From NCBI GenBank assembly GCA_963737065.1, contig CAVTRC010000001.1:2240001-2304000 (forward strand): DNA of 64,000 nt. The letters run 5' to 3'. The notes under the pieces were generated by a model. The model was not told the origin of the DNA and ran no database searches. It saw only the letters and a list, made by a program, of their open reading frames with translations. Below are positions 30,699 through 41,228 of the stretch, piece by piece. The first letter of the stretch is position 1, and each line of letters opens with the position of its first letter. This stretch comes from Candidatus Eremiobacteria bacterium. Lineage in GTDB: Bacteria > Vulcanimicrobiota > Vulcanimicrobiia > Vulcanimicrobiales > Vulcanimicrobiaceae. A program made the translations under genes and the position numbers.

Positions 30699-31009
30699 TC
30701 ATTTCGAGTCGGTCTCCGGCTCGTCATATGAGTCATGCCAGTTCCACCACTTGTATGGCTCGGTTTGGGGATAGCCTTCCGGCGAGTCTTCCCACAGCTC
30801 TTGACGTCCGAGCGGCGTGATATTGAGGTAGCTCCACGTGCGGCCCATCGCTTCATCGCCGCGGTTATTGATGAAGTAATCGCCAACCACGGCATGCGCC
30901 GCCGCTCCGCAGCCAATGCGTCACGCGCGCGGGCATGCGTTTTCTTTCACGGCAGCTGCTGCCGCGCAGCCTCCCATTGAGCGGCCGATACGACCGGAGC
31001 GGTTTTCAT
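30699..31009 (-). pseudogene. DUF899 (thioredoxin-like) remnant with a large internal deletion
   Basis: N-terminus MKTAPVVSAAQWEAARQQL*...RDALAAERRRMPW is joined out of frame to the C-terminus RGDEAMG.TWSYL..TPLGRQE.WEDSPEGYPQT..W..HDSY. Confidence 0.8.
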
Positions 31010-31037
31010 GTTGTGAGCAGCGCCGCCGCGATCTTTT

Positions 31038-31852
31038 TCACAGATACGTCAGCGCGTCCACATATTCCAGGTGAGGATTGAGACGGGCTAGCTCTCGCAA
31101 GAGATACTTGTGCCCGGCGCCCATGAGGACGACGACGCGGTCGCCCGGTTTAATCACGCTCAGAATGTTTGAAAAAATGTAACAGTTTCGCGCATACCAT
31201 TGCGCAACATACGCGCTCCCTGCGTAATCCGCGCTGCGTCCCATGCCGTCCATCACACTATACCATCCGGCGTTGGCTCGGATCCAATCCTCACCGTTGA
31301 GGTAACGTAACAAATCGAGATACGTGCCCGTTCGCTCCAAGGCATCTCCGCGTTTGTTTGCCTCATCGCTTGCGGGATCATCGACCTTCAAGAAATTCTT
31401 ATTCAGAAACGCGTAGATGCGCTTTCCGCTTGGCGGTGTTGTCGTCGATCAGGGTGGGACCGAACGTATCGATCGGATAAATCGTGTCGTTGCCGGAACG
31501 CGCGGCGAGTTTGAATCCGAACTGATACACTTCATCTGCACCGAGCTTGAATTGCCCGTCACGATATAACCGGTATCGTTCGGGATATTCCTTGTCCCCC
31601 ATCTGCTACTTCGACGAGCACTTTCGTGGGCTGGAAGCGTGCGAGGTGAGTCGATGACCTCGTCGACCTGGGCCTGACGCTTCGGCGAAAGCGGACTGTC
31701 GACGAACACGCTATTGTGAATATCGTGGCGAGCGACTAAATGCGCAACACCAACGATCATGATTTGTGCGCGATTGCCGGCGGCCACGCAGGCGCTACGC
31801 CCGCGGCGAGCAGACACACGAAAAGACAGGCGGTAGAAAACAGCTTCGGCAT
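31038..31852 (-). pseudogene. DUF5694-like secreted protein, multiply frameshifted
   Basis: AQIMIVGVAHL, SPKRQAQ, EVYQFGFKLA, WYARN and VVVLMGAGH, spread over 3-4 frames. Confidence 0.65.
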
Positions 31853-31879
31853 TTTACCCCCGGTGCGCGATATCCAGCG

Positions 31880-33149
31880 TCATGCGTAAAGATCGCGGCG
31901 CGTCATCGGAATGTCGACGTGCCCGTTGACGTCGGGCTTCGCAAGCAAGGATTGAAACACCGCGATGTTGCCCGCCTCGAAGTTGACCGCACTTGCGGCC
32001 ATGTAGAGACGCCACACACGGTACGCCGCAACGCCGCCCTGTGTTTCGGCGGCATCGCGGTTTCTTTCGATGTTGGAAACCCAGGCCCGTAAGGTTTGTG
32101 CGTAGTGCTCGCGCAGATTCTCGACGTCGCGCACTTCGAAGCCGTCGCGTTCGGCGATGCCGAGGATATCGCCGATGCACTGCAGATCGCCGTCTGGGAA
32201 AACGTAGCGATCGATAAAGCCGTTGTGCTGCGCTTTGCGTCCGGGACTCTGTTCCGTAATGCCGTGATTCAAAAAGAGTCCGGCCGGACGCAGCGCCGCA
32301 AACGCGCAGGAGAAATACTCCGGAAGTTGCGTTCGGCCGACGTGTTCCACCATGCCGACGCTCGCAATACAATCGAAGACGGCGTTGCCGAGTTCCCGAT
32401 AGTCGCGCAGCTCGACGCGCGCGCGGTCCGTTAAGCCGAGCTTCTTCGATTCGCCGGTTCGCGGTTTCGCATTGCACGCGGCTGAGCGTGATGCCGAGCG
32501 CCTGCGCCCCGCGTTGCGCGGCGCGAATAACGAGCGATCCCCACCCGCAGCCGATGTCGAGAAACGCCATCCCGGCCTGCAAACGGACCTTGCGCAGGAC
32601 GTGATCGAGCTTCGCCGACTGCGCGGAATCCAAGTCGCTGATCCCGTCGTCGAAGTACGCGCATGAATAGACGAGATCGCGATCGAGAAACGACCGGTAG
32701 AAATCCACCGGATGATCGTAGTGATACGAGATCGCCGCTTGGTCGCGTTCACGCGAGTGACGTTTTCCGTTCAGATGCGCGTGTGGCGGCGCAGGACGCG
32801 ATTCGCGGGGAAGCTGCGCGAGGAGAAGGCCGATGTGCGCGGTGCGGAGGGCCGAACGGTCGCTATTTATCGAATTCATCAGGGCAATCGCCGCACAGAG
32901 ATCGCCTTCGATCTCGAGCGAACCGTCGACAAACGCCGTGCCGGCGTTTAAATCAACCGGCGGCGTAAACGCATTGCGCAATGCGCCTGGTGAATTGATG
33001 CAGAGGACGAAGTTGCGCTGAGTCGTTTTACTCGGTGCGACGGTGCCGTCCCAGAGGCGCACGTCAAAATCGTGGAGATACCGTTCGCCGAAGACCGCTT
33101 CGAGAACGCGGAGCGTGCGGGAACTTGCGGCAGTATCCTCGCGTATCAT
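31880..33149 (-). CDS. cfa: Cyclopropane-fatty-acyl-phospholipid synthase, frameshifted near 32445
   Basis: ISYHYD, YSCAYF, LDIGCGWG, SVGMVEHVG, FIDRYVFPDG, LREHYAQTL and RVWRLYMA motifs. Confidence 0.9.
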
Positions 33150-33320
33150 ATCCCGCGCCCCTATAACGCGCTCGATGCATGGCGCATCGACATCTTCACA
33201 TCGACTTTCTTCGGACTGTGTTGTCGTTCTTCGGTCACGAAGCAGTGGCTTCGCTCCCTCATCGCTCCTACCATTCGAATAAAAGTCGACGCGAAGGAGT
33301 AGTGACACGCATCACTGCGC

Positions 33321-34472
33321 TCATGAGGCGAGAGTCTTCGTTCCCTCGTGCATACCGTAGACGACGTTGCCGCCGACCATCGTCCCGATGATGCCGTACT
33401 CATCGTCCCAGAGCGAGAGATCGGCGCGCATGCCGGGAGCGATGCGTCCCATTTCGTTCTCCACGCCGAGGAGTTTCGCCGGCGCGTGCGTCGCGGCCAT
33501 GACGGCTTGCGCGAAGGACGTCTCGGTATACGACATATAGTTGCGTACGGCTTGATCGATGCGCAGCGCGCTGCCGGCAATTGTGCCGTTTGCGTCGCGC
33601 ATAACGCCCCCCTCGATATGATAACTAGAGTCCGCGGGCGGCATGTTGTCGGTGCAAAGCACGACGCGGTCGCCGACCGTGCGATAGAGAATATCGACCA
33701 TAACCGGTGAAACGTGGTATCCGTCGCTGATCAATTGCACGAGCGTACGACGGTCTTGAATGAACGCGGCAAGAATCGACGGATCGCGATGAATGAGCGG
33801 CGGCATGCCGTTGAACGCGTGCGTCAGCGACCGGAAGCCGAGCCCGATCGCGAGCATGCCTTCACGATAGCGGGCTGCAGTATGTCCGGCGGAGCAAATC
33901 ACGCCGTGCTCCAAGAATACGCGCATCGCATCAGCGGCGCCATCGATTTCCGGAGCCATCGTCACCAGCAGGCAGCCGCCCTTGCACGCATCGATCATCT
34001 CTTTTGCGCGCGACGCCGATGCCGGAAGCAACCATTCGGGACGATGCACGCCGCGGAACTTCGAATTAAGAAATGGTCCTTCGAACTGCACGCCGAGACA
34101 GCGCGCACCGCGCGGAGCGTCTTCCTCTAAATCGTGCGCAGCATCAACGATTTGCGATGCAGCATGCAGCATCGACTCGAATGGTGCGGTCATCACGCCC
34201 GCGACAAACGCCGTTGCACCCATGCGGGCGTATTCCGTTGCGGCGACCGCAACGGCGTTCCCTTGATCGCGATTGAAGAGCATATCGGCGGCGCCGTTGG
34301 TATGTACGTCGATCAATCCCGGCGCGATGCTCGTGCCGTTAGGAAGTGGACGATCACTCGGCCCATCGGCGGGAAGAACCGCCACAACGCGTCCGTTTTC
34401 GATCTCAACGCGTCCGTACGTAGACGTACCGTCACCGACCGCAAGCAGGGCTGGTCCAAGCGTGATGCTCAT
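33321..34472 (-). CDS. nagA: N-acetylglucosamine-6-phosphate deacetylase
   Basis: PGLIDVHTNG, EGPFL, MAPE, GHT, THAFNGM, DGYH and IAGS motifs. Confidence 0.9.
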   Translation of the reverse strand: MSITLGPALLAVGDGTSTYGRVEIENGRVVAVLPADGPSDRPLPNGTSIAPGLIDVHTNGAADMLFNRDQGNAVAVAATEYARMGATAFVAGVMTAPFESMLHAASQIVDAAHDLEEDAPRGARCLGVQFEGPFLNSKFRGVHRPEWLLPASASRAKEMIDACKGGCLLVTMAPEIDGAADAMRVFLEHGVICSAGHTAARYREGMLAIGLGFRSLTHAFNGMPPLIHRDPSILAAFIQDRRTLVQLISDGYHVSPVMVDILYRTVGDRVVLCTDNMPPADSSYHIEGGVMRDANGTIAGSALRIDQAVRNYMSYTETSFAQAVMAATHAPAKLLGVENEMGRIAPGMRADLSLWDDEYGIIGTMVGGNVVYGMHEGTKTLAS

Positions 34473-34503
34473 TGCCGGAAGCCGGGGTTCGACGCCGCGG
34501 TTC

Positions 34504-37210
34504 TCACCGCCCCTTGCCGAACAGCCTCGAGAAGAAGTGACCTTTGGTTTCGTTTGTCGCAGGCTCCGCCGACGGTAATGGTTGCTCTTGCGCGGCGCGT
34601 GCAAGACGCGCGAGGCGCGCCATGTGTGTTTCGCCATGAGCGTCAAGCGTCGAACGTAACGCTTCGAGTTCGTTCCATCCCGCAGGCGCGCGTTTCTCGC
34701 GTTTGGCGTCGTCGTATTCGTGTGCCGAAATAACGAAAACACGTTCGGCTGGTATGTTGCGTTCGCGTAAGTACTGCTGCGCCAATTCAACGACGTGCCG
34801 CCGTTCGCTCGGCGCTTCGTTATCCGCGATCGTGTGTGCGAAGAGCATAGGCTTATGGAATTCAGCGGCACGTTCGTAGAGCGCGAGTTCGCGTTCGGAG
34901 AGCTGGCGCGAAAACAAGCAGAGGATTTCGCTCGCGTGTGAGGCGACGACGACGTTCACGTCTTCCGCGGACGGGTCGCCCGAATCAAACGCGGGCGCGT
35001 GCACGAGAACCAGTTCGCGGGGCAGCGACCATGGAACGAGCACGAGCACCGGTGACTGCGCCGCGCGTTGCGCAGCAGACTCGAACGGCACTTCGTGCCA
35101 CTGGGCGTCGTCGCCGAGACAGTACGCTGTTTCACGTTCGCCATATCGCACGTGAATCGGAAAGCGCGCGCTGCCGGCCACGTCGTCGGTTAGGATCGTG
35201 CGGCCCGCGAAGCTGTTGATGAGACTGGTTTTTCCTCGGCGAAGCGCGCCGAGGACGGCTATGCGCCAGCGCGACGGGCGCAATCCTTGATCGTAGAGCG
35301 CGGCATCAAACGTCGCGGTTCCATCACCGTCGGCATGCGCCAGGCGAACGACGTGCGAGCCCGGGTCCGCGGGCGCAATCTCTTCTTCATGCTCCATGAA
35401 GCCTGCAACGATGTGCGCAACGGCTGCGCGTTCGCGTTCGAGCGCGTCATGCTGGTCGCGAAGTTTGTTTTGCACGACGTCGTGCTCGTGCAATCGGTGC
35501 GCCGCCAGCGCGCGATCGATGCTGCCGACGTCCGCGTCGCGCTTTGCGACAACCGCTCCCGCCAGGCGTTGTCCGAGATCGTCGAACACTTCTCCGAGCC
35601 GCTCGCCGACGCGATCGGCGAACGCGAGCACTTCCGTCGCAAAGCGTGGGAAGATCTCCGAACGCAGATCTGCGGTCAATTCGCGCTTCATGTACGCGCC
35701 TTGCGCATGTGCGGCAAAGCGCGTTGCGATATCGTGAACCAGGCCGATCGCCGGTCCGCCGATTGCTCCGAGCACAATCGTCGCCGCGATCGCGGATGCC
35801 AGGTCTCCGCTCCATAAGCTCGTCCCTGGTTCGGCGCCGAGGGCGCGCGCGGCCGCATCGTTACTCGAGAATCGGAACGGAACGATGTCTTGCGTGCGCG
35901 CAAGCGCGCCGTTGAGGCGGTTGACGACGCGCGTCGCGACGCCTCGTGCGAATTCATCGACGACGCTCGTGAAGACGCGGTCGACGATAATATGCAGACG
36001 TGCGCGATCGCGCAGTCGCGCGACGTCCGCCGTGTCGAACGCTTGCGACAGTGCGCGCTCGAGATCGCCGGCGAGCTCCGTGCCGCGCTCGTGAGTCGCC
36101 GTGCGGGCTCGGATCGCCGCTTCGAGTAACGCGTTGCGTTCGCGCGCCGCACGTTCGTCGAGCGTTTGTAACTGGGGAACGATGGCCGCGCGCCGCGCAT
36201 TGAGCGCCGTTTCGTCGAGGGCTAACATCGCTTCATCCGCCGCGATTTGCGCGAGAGCATCGTCGATGGCGACCGAGACGCGCTCGCGCGCGCGCCGCAA
36301 TCGCGCGCGTCCCGTGCGCCGGATCAACGACGCATCGAGCGCCGCGAGGAACCTCGGGAAACGGCTCTGTTCGATCGCCTGCGCATCGTGCGCGAGCATT
36401 CCCTCGACATACTCGCGTGCCGAAACTGCGTAGACGTACGTCCCGGGAGCGTGAATCGCGGCCATAGTTGCAATGCGGTCGTAGGCATGCTCCCACGCCG
36501 GACGTCCGTCAGTCTGCGGTGTTTCCCACAAATCGATCTTCGTCTGCACGATGAAGATCGAATCGATATGTTGCCGCACGATTCCCAAAAACGATGCGTC
36601 GCCTTCCGTGAACGGTTGCTGGGTGTCGATTAGATAGAGGACCGCATCGGCCGTCGGCAAGAACTGCAGCGTTGCGCGCCTGTGCGCGGGATTGATCGAT
36701 GCAAGTCCCGGCGTATCCGCAACGACGAAGCCGCGCTGTAGGAACGGCGAGTTCGTCTTCACGACGACGCGGGCCGGCGCTTCGCTCTGATCCTTCGTCG
36801 CGTCGTGGATCGTTCCGATATCGCCGCTGCCGACGGCAATAAAGCGATTGAGGCGGTCGAGCGGGATGCGTTCTATTCGGCCGTTTTCGTAGACCGCGTT
36901 CGCTTCATCTTGCGCGCCGTAGTCGAGCACGGTAATCGTCGCGGTCGACGGATTGATATCCGTCGCGAGCAATCCGACGAGTTGGTGCGTGCCTCCCGTG
37001 CTCTGCTCGTAACGAAATTTTCCGAGCAGCGCGTTGAGCAAGAACGATTTCCCGCTCGAGAACTCACCGACGACCGCGAGCACGAACTTTCCGCGCTCCA
37101 GTCGCTCGCGCACGCGCGTGACGGGCGGCGTGTCGATTACCACCGAGAAGATCCTCGATGACGAGCAGACGCGCGACCAAACGGTCGCGCGTCTCTTCGT
37201 ACCGACGCAT
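34504..37210 (-). CDS. Bacterial dynamin-like protein with a second, degenerate GTPase domain; frameshift near 37150
   Basis: Domain 1 has GEFSSGKS, INPSTAT, DTPG and TKID, then a helical stalk. Domain 2 has GALRRGKT, HAPAFD and TIAD. Confidence 0.82.
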
Positions 37211-37248
37211 CGCATCCGTGTCTACCCTGGACACTGTTCGGAAAGCCC

Positions 37249-38598
37249 TTATCCTCTGATGATCGCGAGCGCTTCGTCGCGGTGACGCTCCATCAACGCT
37301 TTTGTGTCGCCTTCGACGTTCAAACGCAGCAGCGGTTCCGTGTTCGACGGACGCACGTTGAGCCACCAATCGGGATATTCAATCGTCACGCCGTCGAGGT
37401 GGTCGATCTTGGCATCCTTGTAGTGATCTTGCAGACGTTGAAGGGTGCCCGCGACATCGTCGACATGCGTGTTGATTTCGCCCGAGCGAAAACGCGTGTC
37501 GATCGGCGCGATGATTTCGCTTACCGGCTTATCGGATTCGCTGAACACCTCGAGACACTCCATGAGCGCGATCATTCCGGAATCGGCGTACCAATTGTCT
37601 TTGAAATAAAAATGTCCCGAATGTTCGCCGCCGAAAACGATGTCTTGCTCGCGCATCGTCTTCTTGATGATCGAGTGTCCGACTTTTGAGCGAATCGGAA
37701 TGCCGCCGGCCGCCTTGATCTGCTCCGGCACGCTGCGGCTGTTGATCAAGTTGTAGAGAATTTTCGCGCCCGGGTGTTTTTTCAGCGTGTTGAGGGCAAC
37801 AAGCAGCGTCACGGTGCTGCCGTCGATCAGGTCGCCCTTTTCGTCGACGATGAACATACGATCCGCATCACCGTCGAAGGCCGCGCCGAGATCGCATCCG
37901 TGCTTGCGCACCGCGGCCTGCAGATCGATCATATTCTCGGCTTCGATCGGGCTTGCCGGATGATTCGGGAACGTTCCGTCGAGTTCGAAATACAGCGGGA
38001 TCACTTCGCAGGGAAGCGCTTTGAAAACGTGCGGGACGGTTTCGCCGGCCATGCCGTTCCCTGCGTCGATCGCGATCTTGAACGGTTTGATCTTCGTGCG
38101 ATCGACAAACGAGAGGCAATGCTCCGCGAAATCATCGAGGACGTTTTTCTCGGTAATCGACCCGGGCTTGGTCGCCGCGGGCGGCAGTTCGCCCGAGACG
38201 ATGCGATCGCGAATGGTCGCGAGACCGGTTTCGAGCGAGATCGCTTCCGCGTTGGCCCGCGTAAACTTCATCCCGTTATATTCCGCCGGATTGTGCGATG
38301 CCGTGATCATGACGCCGCCGTCGAATCCGTATTGTCCGACCGCGAAATATAAGGCGTCGGTGGAAACCATGCCGATATAGGTAACGTCGGCCCCAGATTC
38401 CGTGGCGCCGCGCGCTAAAGCTTGGCACAGTTTCTCACCGGAGGGCCGCATATCGCGTCCCACGACGATGCGTTTTCCGTTGACGAGCGGGACGAAGTAG
38501 CGTCCGATGCGGTACGCGATGTCGTCATTGAGCTCTGACGGATAAATTCCACGGACGTCGTAGGACTTGAATAGGCCCGGATTTATCTGCATCTGCAT
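37249..38598 (-). CDS. Phosphomannomutase/phosphoglucomutase
   Basis: YDVRG, TASHNP, FDGDADR, GEHSGH and RPSNTEP motifs. Confidence 0.95.
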   Translation of the reverse strand: MQMQINPGLFKSYDVRGIYPSELNDDIAYRIGRYFVPLVNGKRIVVGRDMRPSGEKLCQALARGATESGADVTYIGMVSTDALYFAVGQYGFDGGVMITASHNPAEYNGMKFTRANAEAISLETGLATIRDRIVSGELPPAATKPGSITEKNVLDDFAEHCLSFVDRTKIKPFKIAIDAGNGMAGETVPHVFKALPCEVIPLYFELDGTFPNHPASPIEAENMIDLQAAVRKHGCDLGAAFDGDADRMFIVDEKGDLIDGSTVTLLVALNTLKKHPGAKILYNLINSRSVPEQIKAAGGIPIRSKVGHSIIKKTMREQDIVFGGEHSGHFYFKDNWYADSGMIALMECLEVFSESDKPVSEIIAPIDTRFRSGEINTHVDDVAGTLQRLQDHYKDAKIDHLDGVTIEYPDWWLNVRPSNTEPLLRLNVEGDTKALMERHRDEALAIIRG

Positions 38599-38677
38599 GG
38601 CTCTTATCGCTTTCGAAAGGCTGAATGTCCTTACCTACGCTCGTATCCGCAGCGATCGCGCTGCGACGTAGGTCGGT

Positions 38678-40063
38678 TTGGTGAAGACGCGGAGGTCGCT
38701 CTTCCAGATACCGGCCTCGTTCGTTTTGACCGCGTTTCTTGTAATCGCGGTCGTCGTTTCCGTTCAGGGGGCGTTCGCCACGCGCGCGAGTCTCGCGCAG
38801 ACGTTCGCGCGACAGTCTGATATCGTTCAGACGCAGCTTGCCTTGGAAGAGATGCGCCGCCTGCAGATCGATGCCGAAAGTTCGGTGCGCGGCTATTCGC
38901 TCACGCGTGACCCGTTCTACGTCCAGCAGTACGCGCACGTCGAGTCGCAGTTCGATCAGTACGCGTCGTCGGTACGCGCCACATTGTCGGGCGTGGGCCT
39001 CACGGGCGCCGTGCGCTCGTTGGATGATTACATTGCACTGCAGCGGAATTGGCGGACGAAAATCGCCGTTCCGCTGCTCGCGCACCCGGGCAAAGATATT
39101 CCGCTCATCGACAAGCGTAACAAAGCCTTTACCGACGTTGAAAACCGTAGCGTTCAATTGATCCGTAACGCGCTTGCCGATGCAAACGACCGGTTGGCTA
39201 GGACGGCGCAAGAGCAGGTGAACGTCAATGCCTACTCACGCGCCTTTTGGCTGATCGTGTTGGGATTGCTGGCGATCTTGCTCAACGGGTTCCGTTCGCG
39301 GCTCGCCACCGAATTGGTAGAAGAGCGCACGACGACCGAAACGCTGCAGCGCGCGTTTCGTAGTGAAGCCGCGCCGTTGCCGAACTGCGAAGTGGGAAGT
39401 GCGTATCTTTCGGCAAGCAGCCACCTGGCGGTCGGCGGCGACGTCTTCGACGTCTACCGCCTTTCGGACACGCTGGCGTTGATCTTTATCGCGGATGTGA
39501 GCGGTAAAGGCGTCGACGCTGCCGTTCTTACCGCGTTCATCAAGTTCACGATCCGCGGTATCGCGCTTCGCCGCCGCGATCCGGGTGCGATGCTTGCCGA
39601 ATTCAACACGGCGTTTTCGCAAACGGTAGAGAATCCGTATCTCTTCGTGTCGATGTTTGTGGGCGTGTTGGACACGGAAACCCTCGCATTGCGATATGCA
39701 AGCGCCGGGCACGATTCGGCGTTCATGCGACGTTCATCAGGCGTGATGCAGCAGCTCGCGGTAACGGGTCCGGTTCTCGGCGTGATGGAAGAGCCGTTCG
39801 AAACAAAGACGCTGCACCTCGAGGACATGGATACGCTCGTCCTGGCAACTGACGGGCTGACGGAGGCGCGCGATCGCAACGGCCGTGAACTCCAAGAAGC
39901 GGGAGCGATGCGCCTCATCGCCGCGAGCAATGCGCAGCCGCAGTTGCTCGCCGACGAACTCGTTGCGAAAGTCCGGACGCTCGGCGGAAATCAGCTGCGC
40001 GATGATTTGGCCGTGTTGGCGATTCGCGTACACGAAGCAGAGGTCATCGATGAAGGCGTGTAG
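38678..40063 (+). CDS. Membrane PP2C/SpoIIE-type phosphatase with CHASE3-like sensor
   Basis: Two TM helices around a CHASE3-like region (DAESSVRGY). VGGD, DVSGKG, SAGH, TDGLTEA and DDLAV motifs. Confidence 0.88.
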   Translation: MVKTRRSLFQIPASFVLTAFLVIAVVVSVQGAFATRASLAQTFARQSDIVQTQLALEEMRRLQIDAESSVRGYSLTRDPFYVQQYAHVESQFDQYASSVRATLSGVGLTGAVRSLDDYIALQRNWRTKIAVPLLAHPGKDIPLIDKRNKAFTDVENRSVQLIRNALADANDRLARTAQEQVNVNAYSRAFWLIVLGLLAILLNGFRSRLATELVEERTTTETLQRAFRSEAAPLPNCEVGSAYLSASSHLAVGGDVFDVYRLSDTLALIFIADVSGKGVDAAVLTAFIKFTIRGIALRRRDPGAMLAEFNTAFSQTVENPYLFVSMFVGVLDTETLALRYASAGHDSAFMRRSSGVMQQLAVTGPVLGVMEEPFETKTLHLEDMDTLVLATDGLTEARDRNGRELQEAGAMRLIAASNAQPQLLADELVAKVRTLGGNQLRDDLAVLAIRVHEAEVIDEGV

Positions 40064-40439
40064 CGCGATCTTCGCGATGCTCTTGTTGGCAGCCGCGTTG
40101 TCGCCGCGCATCGTGCATGCCGACTGCCGGTTGCGCATGGGCGACAAGATCGTGCTGTACGGAACGAGCGACGATCCGGACGTGTTCCTCTGGGACTCGC
40201 GCTTCCGGCTGCGCGATTATGAAGGCGGGTCGTTCGATCAGATGAACGCGCTTTTGCCGCATGCCGTGCTCGCGCGCCCCGGCACGCGGGCCGTCGTTGA
40301 AACGTGCGTCAAAGATTTCGTGCAGTCGAAGTATTTCACGAGCCCCGATGATGCCGTCGGCGTGCGCATTGTGGGCGGGCCGCTCAACGGCCAACGGGGG
40401 TGGGTGCTCGGTTCGAGCACACGCGACATCCGGCCATAG
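40050..40439 (+). CDS. Hypothetical secreted protein
   Basis: Signal peptide MKACSAIFAMLLLAAA...HA. Overlaps the phosphatase stop. Confidence 0.7.
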   Translation: MKACSAIFAMLLLAAALSPRIVHADCRLRMGDKIVLYGTSDDPDVFLWDSRFRLRDYEGGSFDQMNALLPHAVLARPGTRAVVETCVKDFVQSKYFTSPDDAVGVRIVGGPLNGQRGWVLGSSTRDIRP

Positions 40440-40454
40440 GAAAGAAAGTGGACG

Positions 40455-41228
40455 TCATGCACGAGCGATTGACGCAAAGACGCGTGGTCCGGCTGTCGTA
40501 TCGATTCGTTCCACCGCAATTCCATATGCCGACTCGATAAGCGCCGGTGTCATAACGGCGGCAGGTGCGTCGAACGCAAGCATTTGTTCGCAGCCGAGCA
40601 GCATCAGACGGTCCGCGTATGCGGCGGCATCATTCAAGTCGTGGAGCACGCAGATGACCGCGCGTTCGTGATGTGCAAGATCGCGCAGCAGCGCAAGAAT
40701 TTCGTGCGCGACACGCACGTCGAGATGGCTCGTCGGTTCATCGAGCAGAAGGATCGGTGTTTCTTGCGCAAGTCCCATCGCGATCCAAACGCGCTGGCGT
40801 TCGCCGCTCGAAAGCGTCGTGAAGAGCCGGTCGGCCAATTCGCGCATGTGGACTGCATCGAGTGCTGCATCGACCGCCGACTCATCGTCTTCGGTCGATC
40901 TCCACTGCCACCAGGCATGATGCGGAAAACGCCCGATCGACACGACGTCGCGCACGCGCAGCGTCTCGCTCATCACGTCGTCGCTCGTGACGAACGCGAT
41001 CTTTCTAGCGCGTTCCATCGAGGAACGTTGATGAACGCGTGTGCCGTCTACCGTAACGGAGCCCGCCGCCGGCGCTATGAGACCCGCGAGCACGCGCAGC
41101 AACGTCGTCTTTCCAACGCCGTTCGGTCCGAGGATGCCGACGAATTCGCCCGTGCGCATCTGCGCGTCGATATCGCGAACCAGCGCGCGTCCGCCCGCGG
41201 CGATCGTCAATCGTTGCAGCTCGATCAC
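40455..41228 (-). CDS. btuD: Cobalamin/iron-chelate ABC transporter ATPase (BtuD-like)
   Basis: GPNGVGKT, LSSGERQR, LLLDEPT and LHDLN motifs. Confidence 0.85.
   Translation of the reverse strand: MIELQRLTIAAGGRALVRDIDAQMRTGEFVGILGPNGVGKTTLLRVLAGLIAPAAGSVTVDGTRVHQRSSMERARKIAFVTSDDVMSETLRVRDVVSIGRFPHHAWWQWRSTEDDESAVDAALDAVHMRELADRLFTTLSSGERQRVWIAMGLAQETPILLLDEPTSHLDVRVAHEILALLRDLAHHERAVICVLHDLNDAAAYADRLMLLGCEQMLAFDAPAAVMTPALIESAYGIAVERIDTTAGPRVFASIARA

Noticed and set aside
34473..34871. N-terminal extension of NagA
   Set aside because: It overlaps the dynamin 3' end in another frame, and NagA homology begins at 34472.
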